From the NCBI GenBank assembly GCA_963708075.1, contig OY970194.1, positions 320,001 to 384,000 of the forward strand: a stretch of DNA of 64,000 bases, given 5' to 3'. Positions 42,380 through 51,879 of this stretch are shown here, piece by piece. Position 1 is the first letter of the stretch, and each line of letters opens with the position of its first letter. Origin of the DNA: Sedimentisphaerales bacterium. Its GTDB lineage: Bacteria > Planctomycetota > Phycisphaerae > Sedimentisphaerales > Anaerobacaceae. The notes beneath the pieces are model-generated. The model ran no database searches. It was not told the DNA's origin and was given only the letters and a program-made list of their open reading frames with translations. The translations under genes were made by a program, and so were the position numbers.

Positions 42380-43636
42380 ATGCGTAACTTTTTGAAAGGG
42401 AGGCTCTTACTGGTTCGGGTGTGCCTGCTGGTGTGCACGCTCTTGCTGGTGGCGATAGGGGTGGCGACGCTGTACGCGGTGGGCCACCCGGCCGAGACCA
42501 GTGTGGGCACCGATGTGGAGGAACTGGCGGAGCTGGCCGGGTACTGGAAGAAGCAGCTCATGTTCGCCTTCATCGGCCTGGCCGGCTTTGTGGCGGCCAA
42601 CCTTGTGAACTATCGTAAGCTCGGCGAGGCCAGTTACGCGATGTATGCGATCATCCTTGTGTTGCTGGCGCTTCTGTTGGTCAGCCGGTTCTTTGGCCCA
42701 TTGCCGTTTATCGAGCCCTCCCACGGGGCGTATCGCTGGATCCAGGTAGACGTGGGGAGCCACCAACTGCCCGCTATCCAGCCATCCGAGCTGTGCAAGA
42801 TCGCTTACATCCTGGCCCTGGCCTGGTATCTGCGCTTCCGGAGCAATTATCACAGCTTCAAGGCCCTCCTGGGCCCGTTTGCCCTGACGCTGCTGCCGAT
42901 GCTGTTGATCCTCCTTGAGCCGGACCTGGGCACGGTGATGCTGATGCTGCCGGTGCTGTTCTCGATGCTGTTCATCGCGGGCGCCCGGGCAAAACACCTG
43001 CTTCTCATCATCCTGCTGGCGGTCGTGGTCAGTCCGGCCCTGTGGTACAAGATGGAGCCCTACCAGCGCAGACGCGTCAGCAGCGTGCTGCTCCAAAGCG
43101 ATTGGATTCGCAGCAAGGTTACCGAGAACCAGACCCTGAGCAACATCATTGTCGGCGGCAAATTCAGCGAGCGCCTGTGGCGAACCGACTGGGGCTTTCA
43201 CATCATCCGCTCGAAGTACGCCGTGGCATCGGGCGGACTGGCCGGCACGGGGTTCGGCAAGGGGCCCTTCGTGAAGTACAACTTCCTGCCGGAGCGGCAC
43301 AACGACTTCGTCTTCTCCGTCGTCGCGCATCAGTGGGGCTTCATGGGCTGTCTCGGCCTGTTGCTCTTGTATGCGCTTCTGATCGCCTGCAGCCTGGAGA
43401 TCGGAGCGAACAACACCGATCCTTTCGCCCGGCTCGTGGCCATCGGCGTCGCCGCGATGTTCGTCATCGAAATCGTGGTGAATATCGGCATGACCCTGGG
43501 CATCATGCCGGTGACCGGCCTGACGCTTCCCTTCATCAGCTACGGCGGTTCCAGCCTCCTGGTGAACCTGATCGCGGTAGGCCTGCTCAACAACATCGGC
43601 CGCTGCCGCCCCTTCACCGTCGCCCCCAAGCGATAG
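42380..43636 (+). CDS. rodA: SEDS family peptidoglycan polymerase (RodA/FtsW)
   Basis: IQPSELCK, LEPDLGT, FLPERHNDF, GLTLPFISYGGSS. Confidence 0.85.
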   Translation: MRNFLKGRLLLVRVCLLVCTLLLVAIGVATLYAVGHPAETSVGTDVEELAELAGYWKKQLMFAFIGLAGFVAANLVNYRKLGEASYAMYAIILVLLALLLVSRFFGPLPFIEPSHGAYRWIQVDVGSHQLPAIQPSELCKIAYILALAWYLRFRSNYHSFKALLGPFALTLLPMLLILLEPDLGTVMLMLPVLFSMLFIAGARAKHLLLIILLAVVVSPALWYKMEPYQRRRVSSVLLQSDWIRSKVTENQTLSNIIVGGKFSERLWRTDWGFHIIRSKYAVASGGLAGTGFGKGPFVKYNFLPERHNDFVFSVVAHQWGFMGCLGLLLLYALLIACSLEIGANNTDPFARLVAIGVAAMFVIEIVVNIGMTLGIMPVTGLTLPFISYGGSSLLVNLIAVGLLNNIGRCRPFTVAPKR

Positions 43637-43796
43637 CGACAACGAAGCGAGATATGCATCCATAATTCGAATGAAATACTGCTGTGAGGTTGGCGGGAAT
43701 TCAGGTAGAATGGTGGGTAGTTGCTTTCGCTCTATGATTGAGGATCTAGAGCACGATGATCAGCCATCGATGGCCAGAATGGTGGGCAATCTGAGG

Positions 43797-44066
43797 ATGA
43801 ATGAGTCCTATCTGGAAGTGACATTCCGACACGGCCGGCCGATGGCCGCGTACTACTATCTGCCGCGTCGTCCTACGGACAAGAGCTATCGAACCAAGCG
43901 AGGTGAGCCGGGACTCATCATTGACTTCGCTCGTGATGGAAAGCCGATCGGCATTGAAATTGTTGCGCCGGACCAGCTTACGTTGCCCGTGTTCAATCGT
44001 GTGCTTCGGGAGCTTGGTTTTCCTCCGCTCAAGCGAGCCGACCTGGCCCCGTTGGCAGCGGTTTAG
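43797..44066 (+). CDS. DUF2283-like small protein
   Basis: AAYYYL...GLIIDFARDGKPIGIEI. Confidence 0.7.
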   Translation: MNESYLEVTFRHGRPMAAYYYLPRRPTDKSYRTKRGEPGLIIDFARDGKPIGIEIVAPDQLTLPVFNRVLRELGFPPLKRADLAPLAAV

Positions 44067-44671
44067 TATCATGTCTGAGATCGCGTGCTCACCCCATCGG
44101 CCAGCGAAATAAGTGCCATATCTGCGGAACTGCTGTTCGATGGGCGGAGATCACCTTGGGAGCAGTCCACTGTGTGACCAGAGGTGAACCACGATATCGG
44201 GACCAAGTCGCGTAAGGATGGAGACTAGAATGATCGCTACAAGAATTAGGAGCAACCACTTGGCCTCGCCAGCACCGGCGGACTCGCCTTCCACGATGAA
44301 TTTCCATTTTGCCTTCATTTCTGATAGGACCCTCAACAATTCACCTGTGTTTGTCAGAGCACACTACTCTGAATCTCTCACTATTATCGGCAACGCAAAG
44401 GGGAGCGACATACATGTATTAAAGGATACAATATATCCTGTAGTCGTCGTGGTCGTGGCGGTTTTCGGGTGCCCACAAGTGGTTGGCGAGCAAGGACTTA
44501 CGGCAATATCCTATCTGACCCCCTGCGTCTTGAGAGCAACAGGATGCTAATCACGATGGAATGATCAATCAGAAAAGAGTGTATATGCACAGAATTACAT
44601 TGAAATAATGGCATGGGTGCTCTACCATGAGCGTGCGAAGTCAATGGAACCACTCTCGACAGGTATTGAAG

Positions 44672-45373
44672 ATGGCGAATGGACGACGAGATGCTGTGAT
44701 CTACATGCTGAGTTCGGAGTCTGTGCGAAGCCAACGAGCTGATTTCGCACGTCAAGAGCGCCGAATACGCGCGTATGCCAGAGACCACGCATTTGACATA
44801 GTGACCGAATTCAGGGACGCGTGTATCGCGAGCGCTGCAGGCCTAAAACAGAGACAATATCTGGCGGTCTTATTAGACTACGTTGAGCAGCGTAACCGCG
44901 GGGGGACGGTCCTCGTCGAGAAGGCTGCTCGTCTAGCTTGTGACCCGATCCTCACCGAAGTCATACTTGCCCAGTTCAGACGGCGTTACGTCGATGTGAT
45001 TGCTGTGGACTCCGGTTTGGAACTGACCTTAGACGACTCTGATCCTTCGTGTGCACTTACTCGGAAGATTCTTGACGTTATTACCAAGTTCGGAGAGTGC
45101 ATGCTGCCCCTGAAATTGAAAGCTGCTCGTCAGCGCGTTAGGCGGGAAAAAGGCTATTGTGAAGGGCCTAAACCATTTGGGTCTTGCGCATCTGAACGAG
45201 AAACGCTGAATAGAATCCTCACACTTCGTCGTCAGGCGCGCGGCAAGAAACGCCTTGGCTATTACCGTATCGCCACAATACTCAACAAAGAGGGGCATCA
45301 GACGCGCTCGGGGTGTCCTTGGATAGGTCCAACCGTTAGAGGAATAATCCACCGATATGAGAGAAAGCAGTGA
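44672..45373 (+). CDS. Serine recombinase/resolvase-like protein with degenerate catalytic motifs
   Basis: RQERRIRAYA, VLVEKAARLA, GPKPFG, IATILNKEGHQTRSG..W..TVRGI. YxRxS and DRLxR are not intact. Confidence 0.75.
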   Translation: MANGRRDAVIYMLSSESVRSQRADFARQERRIRAYARDHAFDIVTEFRDACIASAAGLKQRQYLAVLLDYVEQRNRGGTVLVEKAARLACDPILTEVILAQFRRRYVDVIAVDSGLELTLDDSDPSCALTRKILDVITKFGECMLPLKLKAARQRVRREKGYCEGPKPFGSCASERETLNRILTLRRQARGKKRLGYYRIATILNKEGHQTRSGCPWIGPTVRGIIHRYERKQ

Positions 45374-45434
45374 GGCGAGGTCAGCTAACTCATCGATTAC
45401 TTCACCCCTTGTGTGGTCATGGCTTGTGCTCCGC

Positions 45435-45677
45435 TCATACGGGCTGGGATTCGTCCCAAAGCGTCTCGGGGGCAATATCGATGTTCCCCGGCCATACGAC
45501 CGTGCCATAGGCAACCGTCGCCTTCATGAACAACGGTGAATCCTTGAGCTTGGAGAAAGGCTTCTTGTCCAGCAACGGCTTCATGTCAAAGCGACGCTTC
45601 TGTCCGTTTTCGAACACGATCAGCAGAGTATAATCCTTCTGGGCTGTAACACTGACAACATCCAACAGCGTTTCCAT
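45435..45677 (-). CDS. DUF2442-like protein
   Basis: YTLLIVFENGQKRRFD...TVVWPGNIDIAPETLW; GAGGTG RBS. Confidence 0.85.
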   Translation of the reverse strand: METLLDVVSVTAQKDYTLLIVFENGQKRRFDMKPLLDKKPFSKLKDSPLFMKATVAYGTVVWPGNIDIAPETLWDESQPV

Positions 45678-45779
45678 CAGCGACACCTCGTTCATTGTAG
45701 ATTGTACGCTGTGCCGTTCTGTGAGTCAAAGAACTTTGCAGGTACGGAACGTAAGTCACTGAAACCCAAGGAATTGTGT

Positions 45780-45860
45780 CTCGCGCAAAGACGCCAAGAT
45801 CGCAAAGGTCCAAGCATATTCCTTTCGTCTTTCTTGGCGTTCTTTGCGTCTTGGCGCGAG
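45780..45860. repeat. Palindrome built from ~9-mer units
   Basis: CTCGCGCAAAGACGCCAAGATCGCAAAG ... CTTGGCGTTCTTTGCGTCTTGGCGCGAG. Confidence 0.7.
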
Positions 45861-46063
45861 GACCGTTTTGAGTGGCGGCCGTGGGTCGGGGATGGGCCCG
45901 TTTCGGATCAGGCGCTATGGTGTTGGCGTCGCGACTTATCGGACGCTGCGACCTCTAATTCGTTTGGAATCCTTGGACTTGTGGCGATAATATGTAAAGC
46001 GGGGGCAGGCGTTACCCGAAATATTGATGTATGCTGGTGTTTTCGGCGTTTAAGGAGAAACGA

Positions 46064-48506
46064 ATGCTCAGGGACACGTCGGTGGCGGTGGTGCTGGCGC
46101 TTGTCCTTTTTGCTGCGCCGAGTCTGGGCCAGAGCGCGGCCCCGGAGCCGTCGTTTTCCGAGTTGGCGCCCGCACGTCCCAAGGGTACATCTCTGCCGCT
46201 TTCTTCACCGTCGGCCGCTGCGCGGCTGCGGGATATTGCTTATGACGTGGCGCAGGCCAGGAATGTTACTGGGGCGAGGGTGGATCAGGCGATCGTTCTG
46301 CCTAGCTGCGGCGAAGGGGCTCAACAGCAGTGTGAGCCCGGTCGAGCCGCTGTTGATCCAGTTGGCGGGCCGGCAGGCGGATAAGGACTATTCTCCTCAG
46401 ATCGTTGCCTGGCTGCAGAGCTATGTCAGCGAGTCCTGCGATCGCGTGGTGGTCAGAGACGCTATCCAGAAGCTGCTGGATAGGGCCAACTCGTGGGAGG
46501 ATCGCAAGAAGCTCCTTGAGGATTTGGTGGCCCGGCTCGGCAACAAAAACGCCGCGATCGATTCGGACCTGGCAATGCTGCTCGGGTTTCTCATGGGCGA
46601 GAAGGCGGACCTGGCCACCGCCAAGTTCTACCTGATGCAGGCCTACAAGAGCAACAGGCACAACAAGATCGCCTTCGCCAAGCTGGCGGAGCTAGCCCCG
46701 GACGAGATTGGCCCGGGGATCGTGTTGGAGCATCTGCGGCTTGTCCTGCGGGAGAACCCGCTTGATATGAACGCGGCCATGAACTTCGCGCAGTACTGCG
46801 ATCGGCTACAACTCCATGATATGGCGGCACTTACGTATCAGTACTGCGCCGAGTTGTTCCGGTATCTGTACCCGACCGAGCCTTTGCCGCCCCACATCTA
46901 CCTGCCGTGGTCGATCTGCAGCTATAACACGGTGCGGGGTCAGCCGGTGAGCATGCAGATTGCCGAGAGTGTCCGCGAGGCAGGACGCTTTGACATTCTC
47001 CTGGAGGCGATTGCCGGCCGTGCGGCGGCCAAGAGCGGCAATCCCCAGGAGGCAAAACGGATCTTCCGCCAAGCCGAGGAAAGGGCTCAGCAGTTGCTCA
47101 AAGCAGGCCCGGAAGAGCTTCAGGCCCAGCAGGGGGGCGATTCGGCGGCCTCGCGGACGGTCACGCCCAGACAGTTTGCCTGGTTCTACTGCTTTGCCGA
47201 CCCGAACGCGCAGAAGGCCTTGGATTGGGCCAACAGGGCCTATTCCGTCGAGCCGAACGTGCCTTCCGTGGGGGCTTTGCTGGCGTACGCAATGACCATG
47301 TGCAACCAAATGGAATGGGCCAGGCCGCTGGTCAAGGCGGCCGAAGGCAACCAGATCACGGACTTGGTGCAGGCGAAACTCCTGCTGGCGGAAGGCAAGA
47401 AGGAGGAAGCAGCCAAGACCCTGAGAATGGCGATTACCAAGGATGCGAGCTCGCTGGTGGCCGAGCGGGCGAGGGAGATGCTCAAGGAGCTGCAGAGCGA
47501 GTATCGCCCGCCGATCGACCCGGGCCTGCTGACGACCTTCCTCACCGAAAGCTTCGGCAAGAATGCCATCCCGCAGTTCCTGCCGCCCGATAAGATGGTC
47601 CAGGTGCAGTTCAGCATTCGCGGCACAGAATTCACGTACGGAAGTGAGATCGAGGGCATGGTGGCGATCCAGAATCAGGGGGCTGAGCCCCTGGTCATTA
47701 CCGAGGACGGCCTCTTCAAGGGCGGCGTGCGCATTGATGCCCAGATTAGCGGCGACCTGAGCAGGGAAATCGCCCCGGTTGTCCTGCAGACGGTTCGCAC
47801 GGAGTTGATGGTCCAGCCGGGCAGGAGTCTCGTCATTCCGGTGAAGCTGTCGACGGGCGAGCTTCGAGAACTCCTGCAGGCCCATCCGCAGGCCTCTCTG
47901 GAGATCCAATTCACGTTGTATCTTGACCCCGTCGCGGCGGAGAATGGCTCGATCAATAGCCGGCTCGTGGACCTGAAGCCTGTGAAAGTGACCGTGAAAC
48001 GACCACGCGTGGACCTCACGGCGAGCTACGTGCGTAACCGCTTCCATGCCATCTCATCCGGCCAGCAGGGGCAGAAGATCGGGACCGCCCAGTTGTTCAC
48101 GGGCCTGCTCAAAGAGCAGAATACCATGGCCGGCGGTACGCTCTATCCCTTCCGGTATGCGGACTGGATGCCGGGGCTGCTGCGATCCGCGTTTACGAGC
48201 GATTCCGGGCTGCTTCTGGGCAGCGGCGAGGAGGACTGGGTGGTCGCCGTGCATACGATGGCCGATATGCTTGCGATGCCGCTCGATGCCGAACTGACGG
48301 GGGCCTTGGCCAGGAACCTGAACCATCCCAAGTGGCCCGTCCGGATGATGGCCATATATGTCCTGGCGAACGGGGCCGGCGGCGGTTTCCAAAAGGTGAT
48401 CGACTGGTTTGCGCAGAGTGACCCGAGCGAATACGTCCGCGGCATGGCTGTGGCGCTGCGGTCCGACCTGCCGCTGGCGACAGCACCCGCGATGCCACCG
48501 CAATAG
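46064..48506 (+). CDS. Large exported alpha-helical (TPR/HEAT-like) hypothetical protein; apparent +1 frameshift ~46301
   Basis: TAAGGAG RBS and signal peptide MLRDTSVAVVLALVLFAAPSLG in one frame; the long helical body lies in another. Confidence 0.7.
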
Positions 48507-48728
48507 GACCGCTCTTCCGCCCCGCCGAACCGCCTGCCAAGAACCTCCCTGTCTCCAACCCGTACAGACCTGTGGAATTGAATCCCCGATTCTGTCCGGA
48601 TGGATGGCGTGTACGGCCCGCAGGTGAATTTGTGGAAATTGGGGTTGAAATCGCGGGCCGATTCGGTATGATGCCGACTTCGCCAAGGGTATTAGCAAGC
48701 AGTTGTCTTTTTTGGAAAGGGTTACCGG

Positions 48729-48899
48729 ATGCCGGCACAAGTGGATAATGGCAAATGCACGGGTTGTGAGTCCTGCACACAAGAATGCCCGAGCAATGCG
48801 ATCAGCATGGACAAAGGCAAGGCAAAGGTGAACTCGGACAGTTGTGTGGACTGCGGCGTGTGTGTTGACACCTGCCCGGCCGGAGCGATAAGCCTCTAA
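48729..48899 (+). CDS. 2x[4Fe-4S] ferredoxin, 56 aa (not in ORF track)
   Basis: MPAQVDNGKCTGCESCTQECPSNAISMDKGKAKVNSDSCVDCGVCVDTCPAGAISL: two CxxCxxCxxxCP motifs. Confidence 0.95.
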   Translation: MPAQVDNGKCTGCESCTQECPSNAISMDKGKAKVNSDSCVDCGVCVDTCPAGAISL

Positions 48900-48983
48900 G
48901 GATTTACGATTGACGATTTACAATTTACGATTTGGCTGTCGCCTCTCGCGAGGCCACAAATCGTAAATCGAAAATCGTAAATT
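48900..48983. repeat. Heptamer-repeat palindrome
   Basis: GATTTACGATTGACGATTTACAATTTACGATTT ... AAATCGTAAATCGAAAATCGTAAAT. Confidence 0.8.
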
Positions 48984-48992
48984 GCCGAGTGT

Positions 48993-49067
48993 GGCCCCAT
49001 CGTCTAGGCTGGCCTAGGACACCGGGTTTTCAACCCGGCAACAGGGGTTCGAATCCCCTTGGGGCTA
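48993..49067 (+). tRNA. tRNA-Glu (TTC)
   Basis: GGCCCCA/TGGGGCT acceptor stem, CCGGG-TTTTCAA-CCCGG anticodon arm, GTTCGAATC T-loop; CCA not encoded. Confidence 0.96.
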
Positions 49068-49216
49068 ATAGGATTTACGACTTATCATTTGCGATTTGTG
49101 GTGTCCACCGCCCGCCCGTGGACTCGCCGGCCTGAGGCGGACGTTCCGCTGAACTAGCCAATCCCGTTCACCTGGGTAATCCTGCCCCCGGCCTTCGGCC
49201 GCAACCGGGAATCAGT

Positions 49217-49294
49217 TCGCGCAGAGACGCGGAGGCGCAGAGAAGACCGAACCCCAACACTCGCAAACCTCAGTGTCCCTGCGCCTCCGTGCGA
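49217..49294. repeat. Palindromic repeat resembling the 45780 type
   Basis: TCGCGCAGAGACGCGGAGGCGCAGAG ... CTCAGTGTCCCTGCGCCTCCGTGCGA. Confidence 0.6.
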
Positions 49295-49391
49295 TACAAT
49301 TCTTTTCTCAACAAAGGCTCGCACGCTGTTGCCCAGATGACTGGAGATCCTTTCCGCCGATTGCGAGGTGCCTGTGTAGTTTGACGGACAG

Positions 49392-49835
49392 TCAGGCATC
49401 AATGGTTCCCGCGTGCTTTGCTTCCACATATCGCCCCAGCAGTTCTTCAAAGGCTGCCCAGCCGGCCTCTCGCTCTGGCGGATCAAGGTGCTCAGCTTCT
49501 TGGAGGAGCAAGACCAAATCCGTCAAAACCACTTCGGCCCGCTCAAGCCACGCAGTTCGCGAAATCGGACCTGATGGTCTGGCCAGATTTCGGTGTATTC
49601 TGTTCACCTGATCTTGACTCGCGTCGATTGCTGCGTCGGCCGTGGCCTTCGGCCTGTCAGTGGGTGGGAATTGCATTGTGACTTCTCCGTCCATCAGTGT
49701 GACACCTCTTGGCACCGTCCAGCCAGTGGCAATGTGCCGTTCAATAGTCGCATTCACCTTCAGCAACTCGCGTGACCAGTAGGCCAAGCCGTGAGTTGCC
49801 TTCATCAGACGCTCGATGATTTTTTGCACAGTCAT
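49392..49835 (-). CDS. Hypothetical protein (element)
   Basis: 147 aa ORF co-oriented and closely packed with the two upstream ORFs. Confidence 0.55.
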   Translation of the reverse strand: MTVQKIIERLMKATHGLAYWSRELLKVNATIERHIATGWTVPRGVTLMDGEVTMQFPPTDRPKATADAAIDASQDQVNRIHRNLARPSGPISRTAWLERAEVVLTDLVLLLQEAEHLDPPEREAGWAAFEELLGRYVEAKHAGTIDA

Positions 49836-49844
49836 GCACGCATT

Positions 49845-50192
49845 TCATGTGTGCAGGGTAACCTCCCGGACGGCCGCCACCTCAGCGCGGAAACGGCTCT
49901 CATACTCCCGCCGCCGCTCGGCCAGTTGGCCGGTGTCATCGTCGTCGCAGATGGCGTCGCCCTCGCCCAGGAGCTGCTCTGCCAGCGCCAGCGATTCGCG
50001 CCACCGCTTCAGTTCGTCCTCGCCATACTTGCCGGGGTGCAGCTTGGCGTCCTCCAGAATCTCTTGGTTGATGGCGTATAGCTCCACGCTCGACAAGCCC
50101 GCCGGGGGCCAGTCCTCAGTGGTCTTCTTGCTGCCGTTGCTCACCCTCTTCTCGATCTGCCCCAAACGTCGCTCAAATTGCTTCGGGTCCAT
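49845..50192 (-). CDS. Hypothetical helical protein (element)
   Basis: 115 aa; GGAGAAGGA upstream of the ATG. Confidence 0.6.
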   Translation of the reverse strand: MDPKQFERRLGQIEKRVSNGSKKTTEDWPPAGLSSVELYAINQEILEDAKLHPGKYGEDELKRWRESLALAEQLLGEGDAICDDDDTGQLAERRREYESRFRAEVAAVREVTLHT

Positions 50193-50202
50193 CGTCCTTC
50201 TC

Positions 50203-50442
50203 CTAATTCAGCTTGTTCCTGATCTGGTTCCATTCGGCTCTTGCCGGAGCTCCAGCCGCCAGCCAAGCCTTAATGTCATCTGCACGCCAGCGAACCGCGC
50301 CGCCGATTCTGAAGCACTCAGGCCCCAGCTTCTGAAGCTTGTTCAGCCGGAATATCTGGCGTTTCGATAACCTGAGTCGCTGTCCGAGCATCTTGGCATC
50401 CCACAGTTCATACGCTTGGGTGCCACTCTGTGACTGACACAT
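50203..50442 (-). CDS. AlpA/excisionase-like HTH protein
   Basis: LWDAKMLGQRLRLSKRQIFRL...FRIGGAVRWRADDIKAWL; GGAGG RBS. Confidence 0.8.
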   Translation of the reverse strand: MCQSQSGTQAYELWDAKMLGQRLRLSKRQIFRLNKLQKLGPECFRIGGAVRWRADDIKAWLAAGAPARAEWNQIRNKLN

Positions 50443-50599
50443 ACATGTGCCTCCCAAAAATGGATTTCCTGTCACTACTTTTGATTAGTGAGACCGGATG
50501 CGTGGGATCCGCGCAGATTGAGTAAAAAGCCGCTTACTCGCGCACTATACAAGGGGGTGGATTTTCGCGGAAATCCGCTTTAATCCGCTTTTGAGGGAT

Positions 50600-51556
50600 T
50601 CAGATTTCGTCGTGTTTGACTATGCTTCGGCCCGTTCTACCTGCGCGAGGATGGTTCTTCTGAGTTCCATATGCCCCCCGTCCGGCCCGAACCTGTCTCG
50701 CCCACGTCTCGAAGCTTGGGAGTTCATACCCTTCGAAGCCATGCTCTGTCAGCCAATCGTGTACCTGCCGATCAGTCTTTAACGTAGGGTCCTGCTCCGC
50801 TGCCCATTCGTAACTGCGGTAAGCCTTCTCATTTGCACACGTGAGCCCTCCACTATCAACAGCCGCCGGTTGCTTCGCTTCCTCCAATAGCCTCAGCCGC
50901 TCTTCCGCCTTCTCCCGGAGAAGCTGCAAGGCCAGAATGCTCGCTTCACAGATATCTTGCCGGATACCTCGTATCTCAACACCCGGCACATCATCGAAAT
51001 CGGCAATCCGCTCTCCGTGCAGGATGGGGGAATTGACCATTTCCGCCGCTGCCCACAGAAATTCAAACCAGTGGCAGTGATAATTGTTCCGGGCGACGGC
51101 TGAGGCAGCGTATATGCTGCTCCATGTTGAAAAGCTATCCAAATACGTGAGAAACTCGGTTCTCTCTCCAGGCGGGAATCGCACCGTAAGTGCTTTGACA
51201 GCAGACTCGACGGCTTGCATCACCGCGAAGAACTCCGCTCTATCAATCACATCTGTTGAAGCGAAGTACCACGTGTACTCATCCCCGTTCGGTCCTGATG
51301 GTGTTCCGCTCCAACAACGGGTAGTATCTTGCTCAAACCCGGCTTCCACTCTGTCAGCTTGGCCTGATAGCACCCGGTCCTCAATATGGCGGTACTCGAC
51401 ACCAGCGGGACAGGTTGTGCTCCACCAGAGCCATTTCTGCTTGGCACTGGCTTTAACCTGTCGAAATGACTCCAGCAGCATATCGACCGTGCCGATCAGT
51501 CGCCGGTAGTCCTGTGCATTGGGTCTATCTGCCCGCTTCTTCTCGCTTCTCGTCAT
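50600..51556 (-). CDS. Hypothetical protein, possible regulator of the element
   Basis: 318 aa ORF upstream of the alpA-like gene; basic C-terminal region. Confidence 0.55.
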   Translation of the reverse strand: MTRSEKKRADRPNAQDYRRLIGTVDMLLESFRQVKASAKQKWLWWSTTCPAGVEYRHIEDRVLSGQADRVEAGFEQDTTRCWSGTPSGPNGDEYTWYFASTDVIDRAEFFAVMQAVESAVKALTVRFPPGERTEFLTYLDSFSTWSSIYAASAVARNNYHCHWFEFLWAAAEMVNSPILHGERIADFDDVPGVEIRGIRQDICEASILALQLLREKAEERLRLLEEAKQPAAVDSGGLTCANEKAYRSYEWAAEQDPTLKTDRQVHDWLTEHGFEGYELPSFETWARQVRAGRGAYGTQKNHPRAGRTGRSIVKHDEI

Positions 51557-51576
51557 GAAACACCAGCCCGCGCATG

Positions 51577-51645
51577 AAAAAAGCCGGGGAGTCGATGAGG
51601 TTCCGTAGAAACCCGGTGCCCGTTGCCGGTGCACCATACCCCGGT
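51577..51645 (-). ncRNA. Candidate structured leader RNA / attenuator
   Basis: An outer CCGGGG/CCCCGG stem encloses two hairpins (one with a GCAA tetraloop) and is followed by T6. Confidence 0.5.
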
Positions 51646-51879
51646 GGGAATTATTGCATATAGCGCGTGGATCGAGCCTACAGATTTCATCGGCGTTCAT
51701 TATCTCAAAACCGGAGACGATTTCAAGGCTTTCCGCTTGATTCCCCGCGTGCCGAAGGGCTATAATGCACGTATAGCATGGACGCGAGCAGCGCACGTGG
51801 AGACGGCAGGAAGCACCGATCTAACCGTTCCCCGGAGGCGGGGTGTAAGAACTGTGCGGTATCTGTTGGAGGGCATACG

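Noticed and set aside
45702..46300. N-terminal ~200 aa of the 934 aa ORF
   Set aside because: It reads through a palindromic repeat; the real start with RBS and signal peptide is at 46064 in another frame.
4960..48506. Calling the frameshifted genes pseudogenes or programmed frameshifts
   Set aside because: Each break is a single-base indel with no other decay and no slippery heptamer, and most share one motif, which fits sequencing error better.
49068..49390. Integrase or its N-terminal fragment next to the tRNA
   Set aside because: The frame entering att has a stop three codons upstream, the region is repeat-derived, and no tyrosine-recombinase motif is seen.
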